Notes: generated by a model from the sequence alone, not told the origin. A DNA stretch of 32,000 nt from Candidatus Saccharimonadota bacterium (GCA_022843095.1 JALHOH010000001.1:270001-302000); one strand, 5' to 3'; shown: positions 8,968-16,086, counted from the first letter of the stretch. Made by a program: numbers and translations.

Positions 8968-9201
8968 ATGTCGAATACTGCTGCGCAGGTTATTGAAGCG
9001 GCACTCAGAGATATTCAGCCCATGCTCGCCGCCGCTGGCCGATCCATCGCCATCCGTGAAACATCGGACACGTCCTGCGTGATCGAGCTTACCGGTTTTT
9101 GCGGGGATTGTGCCTGCTCCGAATCCTATAAACACGGGATTGCGGAATTATTGCGAGAGCACGCGCCGCAAATCGTGGACATTCGATTCGTCGAGGCGTA
9201 A
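8968..9201 (+). CDS. NifU C-terminal (Nfu-type) domain protein
   Basis: The pattern IELTGFCGDCACSESYKHGIAELL matches the Nfu CxxC scaffold. ATG 8968 lies 4 nt after the nifU stop. Confidence 0.75.
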   Translation: MSNTAAQVIEAALRDIQPMLAAAGRSIAIRETSDTSCVIELTGFCGDCACSESYKHGIAELLREHAPQIVDIRFVEA

Positions 9202-9213
9202 TCTACGGACGAT

Positions 9214-9453
9214 ATGAGCGAGGTGAAACCGGTAAAAATCGCCAAGATCGTCGTGGATCGCGATCTCTGCATTGGAGCAGCGCCGTGCGTGACCGTCGCA
9301 CCCGGTGTCTTCCAGTTAGACGATGAAAACAAGGCATACGTCGTGGATCCAAAAGCTGCGGATGATGATACGATTTTGCTTGCGGCACAGGCGTGCCCCG
9401 TGCAAGCCATTCTCTTGTACGATGAAGAAGGGGATCAGATCTATCCGGATTAG
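9214..9453 (+). CDS. Small single-cluster ferredoxin (3-Cys, [3Fe-4S]/[4Fe-4S] type)
   Basis: DLCIGAAPCVTVAPGVF...AAQACPVQAI has the C-x5-C...CP pattern of small monocluster ferredoxins. Confidence 0.8.
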   Translation: MSEVKPVKIAKIVVDRDLCIGAAPCVTVAPGVFQLDDENKAYVVDPKAADDDTILLAAQACPVQAILLYDEEGDQIYPD

Positions 9454-9466
9454 CACGCATAAAAAG

Positions 9467-9489
9467 CCCCCTCCCGAATTTGGAGGGGG
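9467..9489. terminator. Bidirectional rho-independent terminator between the ferredoxin gene and the convergent 9511-10452 gene
   Basis: ccccctcc-cgaattt-ggaggggg, with aaaaa on the left and tttg on the right. Confidence 0.75.
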
Positions 9490-9510
9490 GTTTGTGGTTA
9501 GGTTCTGCCG

Positions 9511-10452
9511 TCAGTTTTTGGTGACGGCCGATCCCGGATGCCCACGCATGATCATGAGTGCTTTGTAGACCTGTGCGGCCTCGTTGCGTACCTGATCATC
9601 CGCGCTCGCCATCAGTTCTTCGATGAGCGGTTGGAGCGCTTCCAGAAGTCGGAAGGGCGAGATTTTGCTCGAGAGCACCTCGGCGTGATGGAGGAAGATC
9701 TCCGTGAGCTGAATGCTCCGATCGGACGGCGGACGCGACTCGCGCACCGCGCGCTCGATCGAGGTCAAACGCTCCTGCAGGTCTCGGCCGAGTAGTTTTT
9801 GCTGCTCGGCAAGTTGTTCCTGCAGGGCCGTAAGCGTATTCCGCGTCGCGTCTGCTTCGCGAACCGCCTGATCGCGTTCCTGGGTCAAGCGGAAGATCTG
9901 TTCCCGTGCCGCGCGTTCGATGTCGAGGGCGTATTGCGCCTGTACGGCGGCTTCGGCTTCGGCATCGGCGGCCCGTGTCTCGGCGGCGCCACGGTCCAGG
10001 TCCAGCGCAACCAGCGTCTCTTCCAGCTCCGCGCGCTCCCGAGTTTCCCGTTCTTCGCGTCGCCTCTGGTGCAGGCTCTGGCGGGCCAGTGCTTCTCGGA
10101 CCTTGCGGTGCCGATCGCGTCTGACCTCCGGCATCATCTCGCCATCGAGTGTTTCTTCGGTGACGACGGCGACCTCTGCGTTCGCGGTCACGATCGCGAC
10201 GTGCGGATAAAACCGCCCGTCAAAGAAGTAGTCGAGACCGACGTGGCCGCCGGCCTTGATGGTGGCAAGAACGGTTCCCGTTGCCGGGTCCCGCTCCTCC
10301 ACGATTCCAGCAAGGACGAGATACCCTGCGGTCATGGCACCCGTTGCCAGGAGTTCCATCCCGGCATTCAGCGCCATTCTAGGAAAGAGCGGTTGTTTAG
10401 GGTCCACTGCCGCCAGCATTTGCGACAGGGACCGAACCAAATCCTTGTCCAT
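9511..10452 (-). CDS. Soluble coiled-coil protein with a degenerate cyclic-nucleotide-binding-like N-terminal beta-barrel
   Basis: GGAGG SD lies 8 nt upstream of ATG 10452. The N-terminal ~110 aa follow the cNMP-domain spacing (GYLVLAGIVEE...ATIKAGGHVGLDYFF...VAIVTANAEVAVV) but lack the GE/RxA phosphate-binding residues. Residues ~120-230 are E/R/A/Q heptad-like. Confidence 0.6.
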   Translation of the reverse strand: MDKDLVRSLSQMLAAVDPKQPLFPRMALNAGMELLATGAMTAGYLVLAGIVEERDPATGTVLATIKAGGHVGLDYFFDGRFYPHVAIVTANAEVAVVTEETLDGEMMPEVRRDRHRKVREALARQSLHQRRREERETRERAELEETLVALDLDRGAAETRAADAEAEAAVQAQYALDIERAAREQIFRLTQERDQAVREADATRNTLTALQEQLAEQQKLLGRDLQERLTSIERAVRESRPPSDRSIQLTEIFLHHAEVLSSKISPFRLLEALQPLIEELMASADDQVRNEAAQVYKALMIMRGHPGSAVTKN

Positions 10453-10466
10453 CTACAAATCCTCCA

Positions 10467-10488
10467 GTTTCAGGCAAATACCTGAAAC
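10467..10488 (-). other. Perfect 8-bp hairpin directly upstream of the SD of the 9511-10452 gene
   Basis: The plus-strand sequence is gtttcagg-caaata-cctgaaac. On the minus strand the stem ends 1 nt before GGAGG. It has no U-run, so it is not a classical terminator. Confidence 0.35.
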
Positions 10489-10532
10489 GAATCAACCTAG
10501 CAAAGAATGACAGGATTGTCCAGGGATGGTAA

Positions 10533-11669
10533 TCAGTTTTTCTCAAACGACAAGACGTGGCGGTGGACAAATTGACCGGGCCGCCGATACACGAAGGGTA
10601 CGCGCGTCATGCGGTAGCCGGCGGCCTCGACCACTGGGGCGAGCTGGACCTGAACCGTTTCGCCACGCACCGCATATTCTGGGGACAGGAGAACCAGCGT
10701 CGCGCCTTTGGGTTGGAGGGAGGCGAGGTGTGGCGCCACCGTTTCCCACAGGGTTTCAATCCGATGCGCTTCCGCCTCCAGGGCTTCGCGCCCTTCGCGT
10801 CCCTGAAGAGGCTTCCCTAAAAATCCTTCGGTCACGATGGCGTGGATCGGCGCATATGCAGGAATTACGTCGGCGGACGCACGAAGCACGTCCCAATGCC
10901 GCGCCTGGGCACCATGGGTTTTGAGCCAATTCATGTTGTCTCGCGCCCCTTTGACCTGGCGTTCATCGATGTCGCCCCCCGTCACGCGGCCGACACCCAT
11001 GACGGACGCTTCCATGAGGACGGTGCCACTCCCGCAAAACGGATCAAGGAGATGGATCGACGCCGGATCGCGGGTTCCGATCGCCAAATTGACCAGCATG
11101 CGCGCCAATTTTGGAGGCAGCATCCCGGTTTTTGCATCACGGAAGGGTTTTTCAAAATCGCGGGCACTCCACGCATCCGGATCCTGGACATGCGTGGTTT
11201 TGCCAAAATACGCCGTCCCTCCATCGATCACGACCACGAGATCAAGTCCGGTTTCGATCAGGCCAAGTTTGAGCACGGCGGCAGGGGAGATCATCCCTTC
11301 TTCACCGGTCATCCAACGCGGCTGCGCGCCACGTTCCTGCCAAACCCGTTTGAGTTGGATGGCGAGATGCTCGAAACGCGCCGTTTCGGACGGGGATCCG
11401 TACACGGTCAGTCCAAACGTGATTTTTCCCGTCTGAGGGGGAATGAGATCCGCGAGCGTTTCTGCGGTCATGCTGCGCGTTTCTAGGGCCGCAAGGATGT
11501 CTCCTCCTTTGACCAATCCACCGAGTCGTTGCTGCAACCGAAGACCGGGCACAGTGCCTTGAGTAAGCAGGATGGAGCCAAGGAGAAGGGTCTCGGTGTC
11601 TCCGGTCACGGCGGCGTATTCAGCGGCGGCAAGATCGGCGTGGGTGCCGAGGACCAGGAATTGGCGCAT
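10533..11669 (-). CDS. SAM-dependent methyltransferase, UPF0020/Trm11-like RNA methylase family
   Basis: It carries SAM motif I (LLDPFCGSGTVLMEA), followed by GGDID. The N-terminal ~170 aa domain precedes the Rossmann fold. ATG 11669 is chosen over ORF-track 11897, whose extra 76 aa are Arg/Cys-rich junk. Confidence 0.75.
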   Translation of the reverse strand: MRQFLVLGTHADLAAAEYAAVTGDTETLLLGSILLTQGTVPGLRLQQRLGGLVKGGDILAALETRSMTAETLADLIPPQTGKITFGLTVYGSPSETARFEHLAIQLKRVWQERGAQPRWMTGEEGMISPAAVLKLGLIETGLDLVVVIDGGTAYFGKTTHVQDPDAWSARDFEKPFRDAKTGMLPPKLARMLVNLAIGTRDPASIHLLDPFCGSGTVLMEASVMGVGRVTGGDIDERQVKGARDNMNWLKTHGAQARHWDVLRASADVIPAYAPIHAIVTEGFLGKPLQGREGREALEAEAHRIETLWETVAPHLASLQPKGATLVLLSPEYAVRGETVQVQLAPVVEAAGYRMTRVPFVYRRPGQFVHRHVLSFEKN

Positions 11670-11725
11670 AGCGAGATGAAAAAAGCATACCCGAAACCGG
11701 CGATTCTCCCAATCTTGACGATTTC

Positions 11726-11734
11726 TGGTATATA
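11726..11734 (+). promoter_or_regulatory. Extended -10 promoter box TGGTATATA for coiled-coil protein A
   Basis: TG-G-TATATA overlaps the ORF-track ATG 11734. This argues that translation starts downstream, at GTG 11830. Confidence 0.45.
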
Positions 11735-11829
11735 TGGTCGCATGGGACGTCCGTCGTTTACGGGCGGACCGCGTGGTTACACACCCCACGCATGGCTCTT
11801 TCACACACCACATCACAAGGGGAATACAG

Positions 11830-14058
11830 GTGAAACATCTTTTGTGGGCTTGGAACGCCCTCTTGCTCGTCTTGACCGTCCTTCTCCTTCCCGTCACTGC
11901 GGTTGCGCAGGATCAGGAAGTGGAGCGGTACCACGAAATCGAGGACCTGCACCAAACGGTGCCGTGCCTCGATCGCCAATGTCGCGTGTTTCGGCTGGGA
12001 CTCTCGATGGAGTCGCGCCATGTCGGCCATCTGTTTCTTCAGGCGCAACGCCTGGTGGAGCGGTCGCTTGGCCGTGCGATCGTGAACGACGCAAACGCCG
12101 ATGGATACACCATCGACGACATGCTGCGTCCGTTTGCCCCCCGCGAGCGTCGAAACGCGCGCGGAGAGGTGACGCGTACACTCCCGCCCATTCTTGCGGA
12201 CGAATCCCGGAACGGGACGGAGTACGTGACCCTCGAGATGCTCTTCAGCGCGAACACGGGGAACGGCGATGGTTCGTACGCACCGTTTCAGGTGGTGGCT
12301 CGGAATGGACGTCGGCATTACACCGGCATCTATTTCGGCAACCTCCAAAGCGCGCGACGTCGTGGTCTCCCGGAAGCGGTCACGCTCGGAAATGTCGGAA
12401 CGATTCTCTCGCGCCTTGGCGTGAGCTGGGTCGGACGCGTGTCCATCTCGGATAATCTGCGCGTCCGCATTCCGACGACGGGCGGCCCGACCGTGGGTCA
12501 GCGCATCGACGCGTTGATCACGACCGGTCGCGCGGCGATGGCCGACGGGATCACTCCCGAGGCGCAGATGACGATTGCGCGATTGAATCGCGACCGTGCG
12601 ACGTTCCGCGAATTGCGGGCCCGTCCGGGAGTGTTCATCGAAACCGCGCGTCGTGATGCGTTCGACGTCTACGTAGATGAGGCACTGACCTACATCGAGC
12701 GTCATCCGCAGACGGCAACGCCTGCAGTGACGCCCGTGCAGCCGTCGCCCGCAGCGCCGACCATGGCATGCGGTACGCCCGCGAATCCGTGCATCCGCAC
12801 GGTGACGACGCGGGTCACGGTGCCTGCTTCGGTGAACTGGCGGTTTCTGCTGATCGCCTGCGGAGCCATGCTTCTCGGCGGTCTGTTCCTGGGACGCGCG
12901 TGGCGACGCCAGGCGGTCCCTGCGGAATGGCCACTCCCGCGGATCACGGACGACGAGAGCGATGATGCGTCGCCGCCTCCAACTTCACGTACAGCGCTTC
13001 CGGATGACAAAACGGAGCGGATCGTGACCAAGGAGGACATGGATCCAGCCGCCTGGGCGCGTGAACGCGAGGAGCTGCAAACGCTCGTGCGTACCGCCGA
13101 ACAGAAGGCGAGGGACGCAGAGTTGCGCTGGAAGACGACGGAAGAACGGCGCGCCATCGCAGAAACGCGTGCCGTGGAGCTCGAACGGCGCGCACAGGTC
13201 GCGGAAGCCAAGCTGGAGAAGAAGGACGCGGAAGCGCGAAACTTCTCGATCCTGATGGAGGAGAAAGCGCAAGAGGTTGCGCGGGTAAAGCAGGAATCGG
13301 AAGGCGCGATTAATCGCGCTGCCGCCGATGCCGCACATGCCCGCGACGAAGCGCAGCAGGCCAAGGATGCGCTCGCCAAGCAGAAGCTCGAGGAATACGC
13401 CCGAAGTACGGCGCTGCAGAATACGCAGAGCCGTGTGACGCGCCTCGAACACGAGCATGCGGCACTGAAGGCGGCGTTCAAGCAGGATCTGCTCGCCACC
13501 GATGAACTCTTGCGCGCCCTCCTGAACGAACAGACGCTGGACAATGCGTTTGTGCTGGAACAGGCGCGCGAAGGACGTCGATTTGTGGGCGGGATGCTGG
13601 AGCGGATGGGGATCGACTTGGTGTCGATTCCGCCGGCGAAGCAGTTTTCCGTCCCGCCGAAACCGCCTTCTGGGGCGCCTCAGACCGCGGATGACGAGCC
13701 GACCCAGGTGCGCACCTCTCCGTACCGCCAAACGCTTCCTCCTCCGGGGCTTACGAATCCCCCAAAGGAGACGGCGTCCAGCGGGAACGGGAAGAAGGGC
13801 CTGGGTGCTTCGCTCGGGGATCGTGCGAAGGCCAAGAATGACGGAAAGAAGAAGTCGCCGCGGAATACGCTTCCGCATTTCGCAGGCCCTGAACCGGAAA
13901 AACCCGGGGTGGCTCCGACGCCGACGCGGGAGAAGATCCCCGGTCCGCCGGCGATGCCGAGCTTTGGAGATGCTTCCGGAAGCGGGCACGATCCGACGGA
14001 AGATACGCAGCCGTTTAGCGCCGTTTCGCGTCCTACGGACGGGAACGGGATCAAGTGA
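11830..14058 (+). CDS. Bitopic membrane protein A: signal peptide, ~310-aa ectodomain, one TM helix, ~380-aa cytoplasmic coiled-coil and Pro-rich tail; no family recognised
   Basis: GTG 11830 is preceded by AAGGGGA. The signal peptide is VKHLLWAWNALLLVLTVLLLPVTAVAQ|D. The TM helix is WRFLLIACGAMLLGGLFLGRAW, followed by RRQ. A long E/R/A/K/Q heptad-like region follows, with the motifs PPKPP and TLPPPG. The alternative start is ATG 11734. Confidence 0.65.
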   Translation: MKHLLWAWNALLLVLTVLLLPVTAVAQDQEVERYHEIEDLHQTVPCLDRQCRVFRLGLSMESRHVGHLFLQAQRLVERSLGRAIVNDANADGYTIDDMLRPFAPRERRNARGEVTRTLPPILADESRNGTEYVTLEMLFSANTGNGDGSYAPFQVVARNGRRHYTGIYFGNLQSARRRGLPEAVTLGNVGTILSRLGVSWVGRVSISDNLRVRIPTTGGPTVGQRIDALITTGRAAMADGITPEAQMTIARLNRDRATFRELRARPGVFIETARRDAFDVYVDEALTYIERHPQTATPAVTPVQPSPAAPTMACGTPANPCIRTVTTRVTVPASVNWRFLLIACGAMLLGGLFLGRAWRRQAVPAEWPLPRITDDESDDASPPPTSRTALPDDKTERIVTKEDMDPAAWAREREELQTLVRTAEQKARDAELRWKTTEERRAIAETRAVELERRAQVAEAKLEKKDAEARNFSILMEEKAQEVARVKQESEGAINRAAADAAHARDEAQQAKDALAKQKLEEYARSTALQNTQSRVTRLEHEHAALKAAFKQDLLATDELLRALLNEQTLDNAFVLEQAREGRRFVGGMLERMGIDLVSIPPAKQFSVPPKPPSGAPQTADDEPTQVRTSPYRQTLPPPGLTNPPKETASSGNGKKGLGASLGDRAKAKNDGKKKSPRNTLPHFAGPEPEKPGVAPTPTREKIPGPPAMPSFGDASGSGHDPTEDTQPFSAVSRPTDGNGIK

Positions 14059-14115
14059 TGATGGTGTGACCTCGATTCCCCTTGGGAATGAGGATGTGGT
14101 GTGAACGTGGTGTGA

Positions 14116-14149
14116 AGCCCTCGCAATACGGCGGGGGCTTGATTTTTTT
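14116..14149 (+). terminator. Rho-independent terminator after protein A
   Basis: agccctcgc-aatacg-gcgggggct is a 9-bp stem with one G-U pair, followed by tgattttttt. Confidence 0.8.
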
Positions 14150-14157
14150 GGTAAAAT
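14149..14157 (+). promoter_or_regulatory. Extended -10 promoter box TGGTAAAAT for coiled-coil protein B
   Basis: TG-G-TAAAAT lies 39 nt upstream of ATG 14197. The SD-like gaaagaaggtggaag sits in between. Confidence 0.5.
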
Positions 14158-14196
14158 CGTCTCACGATAGGTTCGCACATTGAAAGAAGGTGGAAG

Positions 14197-16035
14197 ATGA
14201 ACCGATGGATGGTTTGGTTCGGAACGCTGCTGGCCTGTTTTCTTGCGATCGCGGTTTCCGCGGACGCGCAGGATCTTGGACGCGGCCGTTACCGTGTCCT
14301 GGCAGAAGAGACGTCGTCGGAGGGCGTGTTTGTCCGCGTGCGGATCGGGGAGGATGTGCCGGTGCGGGCGTTGGTTGCGCTTGCGAATGCAGGACGTGAT
14401 CCGTCCACGACGCCGATCACGGCCGTGGATATCGCGACGGCGAATCCGGATCGCGTCCGGTATGCCTGTACGGCAACGGCGCAAACACCGGTTTCAAGGG
14501 GACGTACGATTGCGCATTGGCAGATCTGTCCGCCGGGTGCGCGGACGTACGTGTCGATCGTCGATCATCTGACGCTGCGCATTCCGCGCCGTCATCAAAC
14601 GACCGACGCCGAACGTCTAGAAGAGATGCGTCAGACCGTGGAGACGCGAACGCGAGAATTGCATCAGGCACGGCAGGAACTGAGTCAGGCGCGTCGTGTG
14701 CAGCCGCCGCCACCGTTTTTGGTGCCGCGGATCGCGACGCCGCCCCCTCCGCGCATCGCGCGGAGCGGGGCTCCGTGGGCGCTCCTCGCGCTCGGGTTCT
14801 TTCTCCCGTTCAGCCTGTGTGTGGGCGCGGCGCTTGTGCTGCGTGAACGTCGGATGACGCAAGGGGTAGATCGCCGACGTCGTGCGTGGAAACACGTCGC
14901 CTCGGTTTTCGCAAAGCGTCTTCGAGCGCTTCGTGAGACGATGGTGGCCCGCGAACAGGCGTGGCGAGAAGAAACGGCGCTACAGCTCGAAGATCTCCGC
15001 GCGCACTATGCCGCCGAGCAAGGGCGGATCACGGAGCGGCATTGCGAAGACCTGCGTGCGCTTGCGACGGCAAAGCAACAGGCGGAAGACGATGCGCGGT
15101 TTTTGCTCGCAGGAAAGGTGCAGGCGCAAAAAGACCGCGATGCGGTTGAAGGTCACGCCAAACGGCTGGATGCGCAATGCGAGGAATTGCGTCGCGAGTT
15201 GGCGGAAGAGCGTGGTGATCGGAGCGATTTGCTGCAACGCGCCCATCAAGGGGATGCGCTTGCCAAAGCAGAAGCGGCGCGTGCGGAACTCCTTCAACGT
15301 ATTCGGACGCGGTGGGAGGAATCCCGTTTGGCCGCCCTACGTGCAGCAGAGCGGAGTGAGTGCGCGTCTGCGTTCGGACTGCTCGCAATGGACCAGGAAT
15401 GGCCGGAGCAGGTGCGTCTGCAAACGGCGCAGGGCGCGTCTGATGCTTTGATGGTGGCAGAGACGTTTCGGAAGGAATCCGAACGGCTTCAGAAGGAATG
15501 CCTGGAGGATCTAAGCACGCTTCTTGGACTTCCAAACGAAGTCGGAGAGGCGATGGCGGCACGTGTGCAGGCAGTTGATGATATGCAATCGACCCTGCTT
15601 GCGCTTCGCGCGGAGACGGAGGCGACGCTCGCCATCCGCAGAAAGTTCCTGGAGGACTATCGTCGGTTGCAGCGGGAGAATGCTCGACTGCAGCAGGCGC
15701 AGGATTCGTGGAGTAGCGTAGAGAAAGATCGAACGGCCCAGGAGTTGCTTGCGGACATGCGCGAGGGGACGGCGGAGAGTTATCTCCGTGTCCTTCTCAC
15801 GGCGGCCTACCAGATCGGACGTCGCGTTCCACGCGAGATGCCCCTTCGCGTCACGAATGAGCAGTTCGACGATCTTTGTCGGTTCTTGGACCGTGCACTG
15901 GTGTGCGCGGAATGCGGGGACGAACTGTGGGTCCCCGAGGCGATCATGCACCTTCGCAACGTTCACCCGGAACGGGTGATTTACGAGGTGAAACATACCC
16001 TTCCGCCGCCAGGGCAGGGAGGGTCGAACACGTGA
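14197..16035 (+). CDS. Bitopic membrane protein B: signal peptide, ~170-aa ectodomain, one TM helix, ~395-aa cytoplasmic coiled-coil ending in a C2H2-like knuckle and TLPPPG; no family recognised
   Basis: The signal peptide is MNRWMVWFGTLLACFLAIAVSADAQ|D. A Pro-rich and coiled-coil segment precedes the TM helix WALLALGFFLPFSLCVGAALVL, which is followed by RERRM. The cytoplasmic part is E/R/A/Q/L-rich, with C-terminal CAECGDELWVPEAIMHLRNVH. Confidence 0.7.
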   Translation: MNRWMVWFGTLLACFLAIAVSADAQDLGRGRYRVLAEETSSEGVFVRVRIGEDVPVRALVALANAGRDPSTTPITAVDIATANPDRVRYACTATAQTPVSRGRTIAHWQICPPGARTYVSIVDHLTLRIPRRHQTTDAERLEEMRQTVETRTRELHQARQELSQARRVQPPPPFLVPRIATPPPPRIARSGAPWALLALGFFLPFSLCVGAALVLRERRMTQGVDRRRRAWKHVASVFAKRLRALRETMVAREQAWREETALQLEDLRAHYAAEQGRITERHCEDLRALATAKQQAEDDARFLLAGKVQAQKDRDAVEGHAKRLDAQCEELRRELAEERGDRSDLLQRAHQGDALAKAEAARAELLQRIRTRWEESRLAALRAAERSECASAFGLLAMDQEWPEQVRLQTAQGASDALMVAETFRKESERLQKECLEDLSTLLGLPNEVGEAMAARVQAVDDMQSTLLALRAETEATLAIRRKFLEDYRRLQRENARLQQAQDSWSSVEKDRTAQELLADMREGTAESYLRVLLTAAYQIGRRVPREMPLRVTNEQFDDLCRFLDRALVCAECGDELWVPEAIMHLRNVHPERVIYEVKHTLPPPGQGGSNT

Positions 16036-16039
16036 AGTT

Positions 16040-16068
16040 TCCCGCGCAACGCCTGCGCGGGATTTTTT
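16040..16068 (+). terminator. Rho-independent terminator after protein B
   Basis: tcccgcgca-acgcc-tgcgcggga is a perfect 9-bp stem followed by tttttt. Confidence 0.85.
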
Positions 16069-16086
16069 GTTGCCCGGGTTGACGAA

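Noticed and set aside
9799-10485. 228-aa plus-strand ORF opposite the cNMP-like/coiled-coil gene
   Set aside because: It is an antisense frame with no SD. The minus-strand gene has GGAGG-N8-ATG and a coherent domain structure.
10509-10520. Small palindrome GACAGGATTGTC downstream of the methyltransferase stop
   Set aside because: It has only 4-bp arms. That is too short to distinguish from chance, and it has no second copy in the window.
11715-11720. TTGACG hexamer as the -35 box for protein A (and TTGACG at 24796-24801 for protein C)
   Set aside because: The spacing to the nearest -10-like hexamer is 8 nt for protein A and 25 nt for protein C. Neither fits a sigma70-type -35/-10 pair, so the extended -10 boxes are the better explanation.
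11670-11897. N-terminal 76-aa extension of the methyltransferase ORF, and plus-strand ORFs 11529-12455 and 10837-11486
   Set aside because: The extension is Arg/Cys-rich and crosses the protein A promoter region. The Met at 11669 begins the conserved MRQFLVLG N-terminus. The plus-strand ORFs are antisense or alternative frames without motifs.
12702-13544. 280-aa minus-strand ORF rich in Ser/Ala/Cys/Arg
   Set aside because: It is the mirror image of the GAR/GCN-rich coiled-coil coding region of protein A. Its composition is not protein-like.
12985-14484. 499-aa minus-strand ORF spanning the 3' half of protein A, the A/B intergenic region and the 5' end of protein B
   Set aside because: It is extremely Arg/Pro-rich low-complexity sequence, typical of antisense frames in high-GC DNA. 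It runs through a strong plus-strand terminator and promoter, and no start context or motif supports it.
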